Sequence record: SRR31156797_310
Reading direction: 5' to 3' (one strand)
DNA: 32,112 nucleotides
Made by a program: the position numbers and the translations under genes. Below are positions 32,067 to 32,112 of the stretch, one piece after another. The notes under the pieces were generated by a model. The model searched no databases and was not told the DNA's origin. It saw nothing but the letters and a program-made list of their open reading frames with translations. Numbering within the stretch: position 1 is the first letter of the stretch; each line of letters starts with the position of its first letter.

Positions 32067-32083
32067 TTATCATTACCGCAGCC

Positions 32084-32112
32084 TAGGGTCTGTTGACCTT
32101 TTGCGATGATTT
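32084..32112. repeat. Possible terminus of an intergenic repeat/MITE-like element, cut off by the window end
   Basis: TAGGGTCTGTTGACCTTT, 18 nt after the dctM stop, resembles from memory the end of a Vibrio dispersed repeat. Only one end is visible. Confidence 0.4.

Overview
This is a Vibrionaceae-type chromosomal window, mostly core genome, judged from gene order and protein character. Gene order: fadH, purU, a 69-aa unknown, yoaA-tsaB-98-aa unknown-slp-alpha/beta hydrolase-fadD, rnd, minCDE, ycgL-lytic transglycosylase, folD and tRNA-Arg(TCT). Next come an ATP-dependent DNA ligase with a signal-peptide-like N-terminus (LigE type) and a minus-strand block of a GNAT-nitrilase fusion, a LysE/RhtB exporter and an EamA exporter. 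These are followed by a 32-codon hydrophobic small ORF with its own terminator, selO, a Pseudomonas GltR/GtrS-GtsABCD-like two-component plus sugar ABC cassette, and a sigma54-driven TRAP dctPQM operon. I see no integrase, transposase, CRISPR array or defence system; the last ~29 nt may be the terminus of a repeat element. The most interesting items are the small-protein unit missing from the ORF track (20314-20466), the glucose-type ABC/TCS cassette with a phased operator array, the GNAT-nitrilase plus exporter block, and several readable operators (FadR, PsrA, PurR, sigma54/UAS/IHF). All family assignments come from motif recognition; no database search was run.
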